From Acidimicrobiales bacterium (GTDB taxonomy: Bacteria > Actinomycetota > Acidimicrobiia > Acidimicrobiales > SZUA-35), in contig JBFHME010000004.1 of assembly GCA_041594435.1 (NCBI GenBank), positions 1-54,441 on the forward strand: DNA of 54,441 nucleotides, in the 5' to 3' direction. This document shows positions 47,199 to 54,441 of the stretch, one piece after another. Below the pieces are notes generated by a model, which made no database searches, was not told the DNA's origin, and was given only the letters and a program-made list of their open reading frames with translations. The first letter of the stretch is position 1. Every line of letters starts with the position of its first letter. The position numbers and the translations under genes were made by a program.

Positions 47199-47804
47199 CT
47201 ACATCGCTTCGAAGTCGCCTGCAGGGAGGTAGTCGAGAGGAAGGTCGCCGAGGCGCACCAGGGTCGCGGTGATCCAGCCGCCGATCTGGGCGAAGTGCTC
47301 GTCGAGGGTCGAACCGTCCTCCAGCGTCTTCTCGTCGAGTTCGTAGGCGCCGCTGTAGGTGATCTCGGCGGCGTGGGAGCAGACCGTCAGATCATGGTCG
47401 TACACGGTCTCCAACGTCGGGCCCAATCCGGAGAGCTCCTCGTCGCCGATCTGGGGCACGATCGAGGGCATACCCTTCATGATGACCGACGGGTCCGGAG
47501 ATTCCTTCAACCGCTGGACCCGGAACACGACCTCGATGGCGATGACGGGACCATCGGTGAACTCCTCGTCGAGGTACCAGGTCCGGTAGGCGGTTTGGGC
47601 CCAGGTCGGCCATTCGAGCGTGAGGTCGGCCTGAACCCGAGGTGGCGAGCCCTCGCCCGGCAGCCCGTAGCTCGTCGCCCAGGTGATGTCCCCGAGCAGG
47701 ATGTCGGCCTGGAATCGCTCCTCGAGCGCCTGCCGCTCGAGGAGCGCCGATTCCATGGCATCGCGAAGCGCTCCGATTGCATCGGTGAACACGTGGTCGA
47801 GCAT
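47199..47804 (-). CDS. Hypothetical acidic cytoplasmic protein
   Basis: Clean high-GC3 ORF, MLDHVFTDAIGALR...; 8 bp upstream of the EAL gene. Confidence 0.8.
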   Translation of the reverse strand: MLDHVFTDAIGALRDAMESALLERQALEERFQADILLGDITWATSYGLPGEGSPPRVQADLTLEWPTWAQTAYRTWYLDEEFTDGPVIAIEVVFRVQRLKESPDPSVIMKGMPSIVPQIGDEELSGLGPTLETVYDHDLTVCSHAAEITYSGAYELDEKTLEDGSTLDEHFAQIGGWITATLVRLGDLPLDYLPAGDFEAM

Positions 47805-48007
47805 GAGAGGTCCATCGTAGCCGTGGCACTCGGGTGGGGACCGGCACCCGAGCACGCGATCGGTCGAGATCGGCGTCGACACTGTCACCCCGGTGGGCTG
47901 GTCGGTTTGGCCCAATCAGGTTCGTCGGCTGGGAGCGGGTAGTTTGGTCGGTGCGATTCCGGCCCTTGTCGAGTCGCCAGCACGCCTCGGAAAAACGGAA
48001 GTCCACC

Positions 48008-49795
48008 ATGAGCGAAACAACCGTCGGTTCAGATGTCGTCACCGCGGCGAGGCGGTGGATCGCCATCGATCCCGACCCGGCCACGAGGGATCGCCTGGAA
48101 TCGATGCTGGCCGACGAGCCCGATCGGGTGGAACGGATCTTCGCCGGCCGGATTGCGTTCGGCACGGCCGGACTCCGGGCTGCGCTCGGCCCGGGTCCAA
48201 CGCAGATGAATCGCGTGGTGGTGGCCCAGACCACCGCGGGTCTGGCCCGCTGGTTGCAGCAGAACGTCGGGTTCGGCAACGTCGTTGTGGCGTTCGACGC
48301 CCGCCACTATTCGGAGGCCTTTGCCCGGGACGCGGCGGCCGAACTGGCGGCCGGCGGATTCGGGGCCGAGCTGCTGGTCGGCCCGACCCCGACCCCGGTG
48401 CTGGCCCACGCCGTGCTCGACCGTGATGCCATTGCCGGAATCATGGTCACGGCCAGCCACAACCCCCGTGTCGACAATGGCTACAAGCTGTACCTGTCCG
48501 ATGGCATTCAGCTGGTGGATCCAGCCGACGCGGAGATCGCCGCAGCCATCGCCCAGGTGGCGACCGAGCATGAGGCGGTTGCGTCCTCCGCGCTCGAGCG
48601 CCTCGACGCCGAGGAGGTCACCGGCGATGAGCGGCAGCGGCGACTCGAGCCGTTGCGGTCGTCGACCGTCACCGAGCTTCTCGGCGGCGGGCTCGGCTCC
48701 GGCGCGGTGACCCAACTCGACGAACAGCCGCAGCGTCGCCACATCGAGGCGGCGGTGGCTGCACTCCTCACCGACCATCGGGACGTCGGTGTGCTGTACA
48801 CGGCCATGCACGGGGTGGGCGGTGCCCATCTCATCGCCTGTTTCGCCGCTGCCGGCTTTCTGCCCCCTCAGGTGGTTCCCGAGCAGTTCGAGCCCGATCC
48901 CGAGTTTCCCACCGCGGCGTTCCCGAATCCGGAGGAGCCGGGAGCGCTCGACCTGGCCTACGCCCAGGCCGCGACGGCCGATCCGCCCCCGGACATCATC
49001 ATCGCCAACGACCCTGACGCTGATCGCTTGGCAGTGGCCGTCCCTGATCGTGATGGTGTCTGGAACCGGCTGACCGGTGATCAGGTCGGCTTCCTCTTCC
49101 TCGACCATGTTCTCCGTCACCGGAGTGGTGCCAAGGCACCGTTGGTGGCGTCATCGATTGTGTCCTCCCGCTTCATCAACCGGATCGCCGAGGCCCGAGG
49201 GGCTCGGAGTGTGCGGACCCTCACCGGGTTCAAGTGGGTGGCCCGGCCGGTGGTCGATCAGCCCGACGCGGAGTATCTGATGGGCTACGAGGAGGCGCTG
49301 GGCTATTGCATCGGTGATCGAGTACGAGACAAGGACGGGATTTCCGCGGCGCTGGTCATCGCCGAGATCGCAGCCGGGCTGAAGGCGGAGGGCAAAACGT
49401 TGCAGGACCGGCTCGACGACCTGGCCGCCGAGTACGGGCTCTTCGCCACCTCGCAGGTGATCGTGTCCTTCGTCGGTATGTCCGATCGCGAGCAGGCCGA
49501 CGTGAAGCGGCGGGCCGCCACGATGGTGCCGGACAGCGTCGGCGGGGTTCCGGTGGTCGAGGTGGAGCACCTGGCCGACGGTCGTCGACTCCCGCCGACC
49601 GCCGGCGTGGTCATCGATCTGGCCGACGACAGTCGGGTCGTCATTCGGCCCAGCGGCACGGAACCCAAGATGAAGGCGTATCTCGAGGTGATCGAGGAAA
49701 CGGCGGACGACGTCGCGACCGCCCGGGCTCGAGCGGACGAGCGCCTCGAACGACTGGCCGACGGGGTGCGGGAGCTGCTCACCGGCGGCGTGTGA
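48008..49795 (+). CDS. Phosphomannomutase/phosphoglucomutase family phospho-sugar mutase
   Basis: FGTAGLR, TASHNP, DPDADR, GYEEALG, DKDG, RPSGTEPK.K.Y. Confidence 0.95.
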   Translation: MSETTVGSDVVTAARRWIAIDPDPATRDRLESMLADEPDRVERIFAGRIAFGTAGLRAALGPGPTQMNRVVVAQTTAGLARWLQQNVGFGNVVVAFDARHYSEAFARDAAAELAAGGFGAELLVGPTPTPVLAHAVLDRDAIAGIMVTASHNPRVDNGYKLYLSDGIQLVDPADAEIAAAIAQVATEHEAVASSALERLDAEEVTGDERQRRLEPLRSSTVTELLGGGLGSGAVTQLDEQPQRRHIEAAVAALLTDHRDVGVLYTAMHGVGGAHLIACFAAAGFLPPQVVPEQFEPDPEFPTAAFPNPEEPGALDLAYAQAATADPPPDIIIANDPDADRLAVAVPDRDGVWNRLTGDQVGFLFLDHVLRHRSGAKAPLVASSIVSSRFINRIAEARGARSVRTLTGFKWVARPVVDQPDAEYLMGYEEALGYCIGDRVRDKDGISAALVIAEIAAGLKAEGKTLQDRLDDLAAEYGLFATSQVIVSFVGMSDREQADVKRRAATMVPDSVGGVPVVEVEHLADGRRLPPTAGVVIDLADDSRVVIRPSGTEPKMKAYLEVIEETADDVATARARADERLERLADGVRELLTGGV

Positions 49796-49815
49796 TGGAC
49801 GCCGGTGGGAGGGGT

Positions 49816-49899
49816 CTAGCGGCCGGCGTTGGGCTTGCGGCCCTTGTTCGCCTTGCTTCGACGGGCCTTCATTCGTTTCTTGCGTCGACGCTTGGACAT
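49816..49899 (-). CDS. 50S ribosomal protein bL37-like (27 aa; absent from ORF track)
   Basis: MSKRRRKKRMKARRSKANKGRKPNAGR resembles mycobacterial bL37 (MAKRGRKK...SKANHGKRPNA); -10 TAGGGT 6 nt before ATG. Confidence 0.85.
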   Translation of the reverse strand: MSKRRRKKRMKARRSKANKGRKPNAGR

Positions 49900-49958
49900 G
49901 ATCCGACCCTATCGGCACCCGCGCCGGGTCCCATGCTCGTGCCGGCCGGGTGGCGGCC

Positions 49959-51206
49959 ATGAGCCGGAGCATCTCCGGCGCCGAGCGCCGAACCAGACTG
50001 GTGGTTCGCCACCGACTCGGGTCGGCGGCGTCGAGATCGGACGCTCACGAATCGACGCCCCTGGAGGTCACACGCTCGCTGGTCGCCCTGCATTCCAGCG
50101 ACCCGGTGTCGGTCTATCTCTCGGTCCTCGCCCGTTCCGGGACCGCCACCATCGAGTCCGTGGCGGATGCCCTGTATCGGGATCGTGATCTGGTCCGGGT
50201 GCACGGAATGCGTCGAACGCTGTGGGTGGCCGACATCGAGACGGCGGCCGACATCGTCAACGCGTCGGCGGCCCGCCTTGTCCGGGCCGAGCGAAAGCGG
50301 TGGGCGACGTTCCTCGCCGAGGGCGGTATCGACGACCCGGAGGCGTGGATCGACGACGCCCGGTCCGAGATCCTGGCCTTCGTCGCCGAAGCCGGTCTCG
50401 TCGACACCCAGACGATCGGTGAGGCGCTCCCTCATCGGGCCATCGGCGTCGAGGTGGCCGCGGGCAAGGCCTACGCCGCGACGATCGCCGCCCACACCCG
50501 CATCCTGCTCATCCTGGGCTACGAGGGTCTCGTCGTGCGGGCCGCCCCTCGAGGGACCTGGATCGCAAGCCAGTACCTGTGGGCCGACCCGGTGTCATGG
50601 CTGGGACGGCCTCTCAGGGGGCAAGACGGCGAGACCGGGGCCGGTGGACATACCGTCACCGGTGTCGTGGCCGGCGCCCAGGCGGCGGTGATCGATCGTT
50701 ATCTTCTGGCGTTCGGGCCGGTACGGACCGACGATGTGGTTTGGTGGACGGGTTGGCCGAAGGGGGTGGTCAACAAGGCGCTGGCGAACCTCGGAGCCGT
50801 CGAGGTGGATCTCGACGGTGACAGCGGCTGGCTGTCGCCCGCCGACGCGTTCGAGCCGGAATCGGTCGGCGTCGAGGCGGTGGCTCACGCGGTCGCACTG
50901 CTGCCAGCGCTCGATCCGACCACCATGGGCTGGAGGCAGCGCGACCACTATCTTGATCCGCCGATGGTCGCCCCGCTGTTCGATCGAAACGGCAACGGCG
51001 GCCCGACGATCTGGGTCGGCGGTCGAATCGTCGGCGGCTGGGCCCAACGGGACGACGGCGACATGGCATATCGCCTTCTCGCCGACGTGGGGGCGGATGC
51101 CACCAAACAGATCGAGCAAGAGCTGGATCGATTGGCGGACGGGGTGGGCGACACCCGCTACAAGATTCGATTCCCCAATCCCCTCAACGCCGAGCTGCGC
51201 GCCTAG
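49959..51206 (+). CDS. AlkZ/YcaQ-like (HTH_42) DNA crosslink glycosylase
   Basis: ALHSSD, GMRRTLW, RYL..FGP...D..WWTG, LLPALDP..MG, GRIVGGW. Confidence 0.85.
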   Translation: MSRSISGAERRTRLVVRHRLGSAASRSDAHESTPLEVTRSLVALHSSDPVSVYLSVLARSGTATIESVADALYRDRDLVRVHGMRRTLWVADIETAADIVNASAARLVRAERKRWATFLAEGGIDDPEAWIDDARSEILAFVAEAGLVDTQTIGEALPHRAIGVEVAAGKAYAATIAAHTRILLILGYEGLVVRAAPRGTWIASQYLWADPVSWLGRPLRGQDGETGAGGHTVTGVVAGAQAAVIDRYLLAFGPVRTDDVVWWTGWPKGVVNKALANLGAVEVDLDGDSGWLSPADAFEPESVGVEAVAHAVALLPALDPTTMGWRQRDHYLDPPMVAPLFDRNGNGGPTIWVGGRIVGGWAQRDDGDMAYRLLADVGADATKQIEQELDRLADGVGDTRYKIRFPNPLNAELRA

Positions 51207-51220
51207 CCCGAGCCGGGGCG

Positions 51221-52186
51221 TCAGCCGTGGCCTCGCCAGGGGATGAGACGGGCTTCCAGGGCCCGCATCGCGATGTCCATCAGCACGCCGAGCACGGCGA
51301 TGATGATGACGCCGACCACCATGACGTCGATCCGGAAGAAGTTCCTGGCCTGGAAGATCATCGAGCCGAGCCCGGTGTCGGTGCCGACCAACTCGGCCGC
51401 CACCAGCGTGCCCCAGCTGACGCCGAGGGCAACCCGTGCGCCGGTGAACAGTTCGGGGAGCGCGTTGGGGAGGATGACCCGGCGCAGCACCTGGGACTTT
51501 GACGCTCCGAGGGAATAGGCGGCCCGAACCTTGGAGAGCTTGACCGTGCGGACCCCCGCTCGGGCGGCGAGGATCATGATCCAGATCGAGGCGAAGATGA
51601 GCAGTCTCACCGCCGGAGGATCACCCAGCCCGAACCACAGGATGAACAGTGGCAGCAGGGCAAGGGGCGGGATCGGCCGGAACAGTTCGACCGGGGTGTC
51701 GAAGAAGCCCCGGGCCCGACCCGACAGGCCCATCGCCACACCGATCGGGACGCCGAGGACGATGCCGAAGAACATACCGCGGAGCACCCGCCACAGGCTG
51801 GTGCGGGTGTGTTCCCACAGTGTGATGTTCTTGAAGCCGATGGTGCGGAGTTCGTTGAACCCGGTCCAGGTGTCACCGGGGGAGGGGAACCGACGCGGGT
51901 TCAGCAGCTGGACGTAGTCGTCTTCCGAGCAGTCGTCGGCCAGCCCGCACTGGGCCACCAGTTGGGCTTGCGTGAGTGTGGTTCCGTCGGCTTCGGCGGC
52001 CGCCTCCGCCTCGGCCCGGAACTCCTCGGGGAATCCGAAGATCGCCGTCGATCCCCACCACAGAACAAGGAGCACCAGCAGCGAGATGAGCGACCACAGA
52101 GGTTGACTCCGGACGGCCGCGGCGTCGCCGAAGGTGATCGTCTTGCGGCTGTCGACATCGCTGGATCCGCTCAGAAAGCTCAGCAT
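51221..52186 (-). CDS. ABC transporter permease (TauC/SsuC type)
   Basis: RPIPPLA, AAYSLGAS, LPELFTG.RVALG..W.TLVAAE. Confidence 0.92.
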   Translation of the reverse strand: MLSFLSGSSDVDSRKTITFGDAAAVRSQPLWSLISLLVLLVLWWGSTAIFGFPEEFRAEAEAAAEADGTTLTQAQLVAQCGLADDCSEDDYVQLLNPRRFPSPGDTWTGFNELRTIGFKNITLWEHTRTSLWRVLRGMFFGIVLGVPIGVAMGLSGRARGFFDTPVELFRPIPPLALLPLFILWFGLGDPPAVRLLIFASIWIMILAARAGVRTVKLSKVRAAYSLGASKSQVLRRVILPNALPELFTGARVALGVSWGTLVAAELVGTDTGLGSMIFQARNFFRIDVMVVGVIIIAVLGVLMDIAMRALEARLIPWRGHG

Positions 52187-52195
52187 CGGTTTCCC

Positions 52196-52999
52196 CTATC
52201 TCGCCTCGACCTGGCCCATGATCTGTTCCTCCATTTCCCAGATGAGCGACAGGATCTCCTCCCGCTTCTCGATGAACTCGGGTGACGCCTTGAGCGCCCG
52301 GGCCTCGGTTTCGAGGGCCATGTCGGCGAACGGCAGCTCGTAGACACGTTCGATCCGGCCCGGCCTGGGGGCCATGACGAACAGCTTGTCGCCGAGATAC
52401 AGCGCCTCCTCGACCGAATGGGTGACCAGCACGATGGTCTTGCCGGTCTCCTTCCACAGCTCGAGGATCAGACCCTGCATCTTCTCCCGGGTCAACGCAT
52501 CGAGTGCGCCGAGCGGTTCGTCCATCAGAATCAGATCGGGATCGTTGGCCAGGCAGCGGGCCAGCGCGACCCGCTGCTGCATGCCGCCCGACAGCTCGTA
52601 GACCCGCTTGTCGCCGAATCCCTGGAGGCCGACCACCTCCAACAGCTCGGCCACTTTGGCCTTGGTCGCCGAGCGATCGGCCCGGTTCATGCGGGGACCG
52701 AAGGAGATGTTGTCGGCCACGTTCATCCACTCGAAGAGCGCGCCCTGCTGGAACACCATGCCCCGTTCCTGGCCCGGACCGGTGATCGGTTCCCCCCCGA
52801 GGGTGACCGACCCGCCGGTCGGGGCCAGGAAGCCGGCCAGGATGTTGAGAAGGGTCGTCTTGCCGCAACCGCTGGGGCCGAGCAGGGTCAGGAGCCGGCC
52901 GCCCTTCAGCTCGAACGACACGTCGTTCAGCGCCTGAACCGGTGCACCTTTCGGCACGTGGTAGACCATGTCGACCGACGACGCGAGCAGATTGGACAT
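52196..52999 (-). CDS. ABC transporter ATP-binding protein (TauB/SsuB type)
   Basis: GPSGCGKTT, LSGGMQQR, MDEPLGALDALTRE.MQ, VTH. Confidence 0.95.
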   Translation of the reverse strand: MSNLLASSVDMVYHVPKGAPVQALNDVSFELKGGRLLTLLGPSGCGKTTLLNILAGFLAPTGGSVTLGGEPITGPGQERGMVFQQGALFEWMNVADNISFGPRMNRADRSATKAKVAELLEVVGLQGFGDKRVYELSGGMQQRVALARCLANDPDLILMDEPLGALDALTREKMQGLILELWKETGKTIVLVTHSVEEALYLGDKLFVMAPRPGRIERVYELPFADMALETEARALKASPEFIEKREEILSLIWEMEEQIMGQVEAR

Positions 53000-53037
53000 T
53001 CGATCCCCCTGACTGTGGTCGAAACCGATCTTGGCCG

Positions 53038-54150
53038 CTACGACCCGACGGCTTCGAGGTAGCTGGCGTCGACGGCGCCGGAGAAGTCATCGATCACGCT
53101 GGGGATCTCGCCCAGCCGAACGAAGGTCTCGAGCTGTTCCTTCATGTTGGTGGCCACGTTCCCGCCCATCCAGTCCGGACCGAGCTGCTCCTCGATGGTG
53201 GGGAAGCTGAACCAGACGTCGCCGGCCAGGAAGTCGCCGACGTCGGTCATACCGGCCGCCTGGGCGATCGTGTCGTTGTAGGCCTCGGGATCGGCCGCCC
53301 ACATTTCGTTGAACTGCTCGGTGGCGGCCAGGAACGACGTCACCACCTCGGGATGCTCCTGCCCGAAGCTGGTCGGGATGGAAACGATGTCGTAGGTGAA
53401 AATGCCGATGTCGGACTCGTGTTCGGCGCCGGTCATGATCAGCTCCCCGCCGGCGTCCAACATGTTGACCACGGCTCCACCGAAGGCACAGCCGACGTCG
53501 ATCTCGCCGGACTCGAAGGCGGCCGCCGTCGTGGCCCCGCTCTCAGCCGGCACGACGTTGATGTCGTCCAGGCTGACGCCGAGGAACTCCATCATCGACA
53601 GCATCTTGTAGTGGGTGACGTTGCCGATCGGCGTCATCACGGTGGCCCCCGACAGGGTCTCGGCCGCATTGTCCCTGGTGACGCCCAGGGAACCCTGGGC
53701 CACGCAGTTGTCGGCCTCGGCGTAGGAGACGGCGACCCCGACCATCTTCAGGTCGGCACCGTTGTTGACGGCGTTGGCGAAGGGGGTCAGACCCTGGGAG
53801 TAGGCGATGTCGACCTCGCCGGCCTCCATCGCCTCGGACATGGCGTTGCCCGAGTCGAACGGCAACCAGTTGATCGGTACCCCGACGGCGTCGCCGAAGG
53901 AGCCGTCGGCCTGGCCGATCTGGTTCGGAGTCGGCCATTCGGCGAAGTAGGCGACGTTGAGTTCCTCGAGATCGGCCATCGCCTCACCGTCGTCGGTGGC
54001 ATCCTCGGATCCGCTGTCTTCGGACGCGCTGTCTTCGGACGCGCTGTCCTCGGACCCCGAGTCGTCGGACGCGGTCGTGCCGTCGTCGGAGTCACCGCAT
54101 GCGGCCAGGAGCAGCGCCATGACGGCGAGCAGAGCTAAGAGTTTCTTCAC
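53038..54150 (-). CDS. ABC substrate-binding lipoprotein, TauA-like (taurine/sulfonate)
   Basis: Lipobox LAAC, acidic linker, YFAEWPTPNQ, FDSG..M, IAYSQG; GGGAGG RBS. Confidence 0.82.
   Translation of the reverse strand: MKKLLALLAVMALLLAACGDSDDGTTASDDSGSEDSASEDSASEDSGSEDATDDGEAMADLEELNVAYFAEWPTPNQIGQADGSFGDAVGVPINWLPFDSGNAMSEAMEAGEVDIAYSQGLTPFANAVNNGADLKMVGVAVSYAEADNCVAQGSLGVTRDNAAETLSGATVMTPIGNVTHYKMLSMMEFLGVSLDDINVVPAESGATTAAAFESGEIDVGCAFGGAVVNMLDAGGELIMTGAEHESDIGIFTYDIVSIPTSFGQEHPEVVTSFLAATEQFNEMWAADPEAYNDTIAQAAGMTDVGDFLAGDVWFSFPTIEEQLGPDWMGGNVATNMKEQLETFVRLGEIPSVIDDFSGAVDASYLEAVGS
54011..54056 (-). repeat. 15-bp in-frame tandem repeat encoding SEDSA in the lipoprotein linker
   Basis: cgctgtcttcggacg x2 plus cgctgtcctcggac. 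Confidence 0.85.
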
Positions 54151-54266
54151 GGTCCCTCCCCTAGGGATTTGATGGTTCGCAGTGGGTTCGGTGGAGCGAC
54201 GGGCCGGAATCTTCCGCTCCGACTGCCCCCCCTGGGCAGCACGCGTCGCCGTCTTCGATGGTGAGT

Positions 54267-54317
54267 AGCATAGGGCGAAGTCGTTACGATGTCTAATGCC
54301 TCGGTTACGACCTCTAA
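54267..54317 (-). promoter_or_regulatory. Putative promoter and direct-repeat operator of the ABC operon
   Basis: -10 TATGCT (54272-54267, minus strand); GTTACGAnnTCTAA at 54283-96 and 54304-17 (21-bp period). Confidence 0.55.
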
Positions 54318-54441
54318 CTAACGTGACCGCAAGCCTCTCTCCGCCGCCTGGACGGCGGCGATGGTGGCGACGTTGACGATGTCGTCGACCGAGCAGCCCC
54401 GGGAGAGATCGTGAAGGACGCCGTCGAGTCCCTGCAGGAGC
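54318..54441 (-). CDS. pta: Phosphate acetyltransferase, C-terminal 40 aa (partial; absent from ORF track)
   Basis: LLQGLDGVLHDLSRGCSVDDIVNVATIAAVQA matches the Pta C-terminal QG...DLSRG.S..DI motif. Confidence 0.8.
   Translation of the reverse strand, partial: LLQGLDGVLHDLSRGCSVDDIVNVATIAAVQAAERGLRSR

Noticed and set aside
1-54441. tRNA, rRNA, transposase, integrase, prophage or defence genes
   Set aside because: None recognised by eye in either the ORFs or the intergenic gaps.

Overview
High-GC, gene-dense chromosomal segment that looks actinobacterial, most likely class Acidimicrobiia. This is inferred from gene order (rimO-pgsA-cinA...recA...miaB...miaA-dapF-hflX...lexA-LysM-nrdR-nrdJ) and from CGAAC-N4-GTTCG SOS boxes. 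It holds about 45 CDS, mostly housekeeping: tRNA/ribosome modification, SOS/DNA repair, the succinylase DAP pathway, the oxidative pentose-phosphate operon, class II ribonucleotide reductase, and a probable taurine ABC transporter behind a pta fragment. I found no rRNA, tRNA, CRISPR array, transposase or integrase. The most notable signals are mostly non-coding or missing from the ORF track. (1) A ~670-nt, highly structured, repeat-containing leader lies between an NrdR-boxed sigma-70-type promoter and nrdJ. (2) A ~170-nt long-range inverted repeat sits just upstream of that promoter. (3) A tandem repeat copies the last codons of a gene (Ala-Val-Glu-stop) and cycles through all three stop codons. 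(4) There is a 27-aa bL37-like ribosomal protein gene. (5) recA has dual LexA and PafBC-type promoters. (6) Leaderless-type -10 elements are pervasive. (7) A LysR-linked ino1 is of non-actinobacterial type. (8) An EAL phosphodiesterase lies next to a doubly anchored LPxTG protein. All calls are by eye; no searches or folding programs were run. I cannot claim a proven new system, and the nrdJ leader region is the best candidate.
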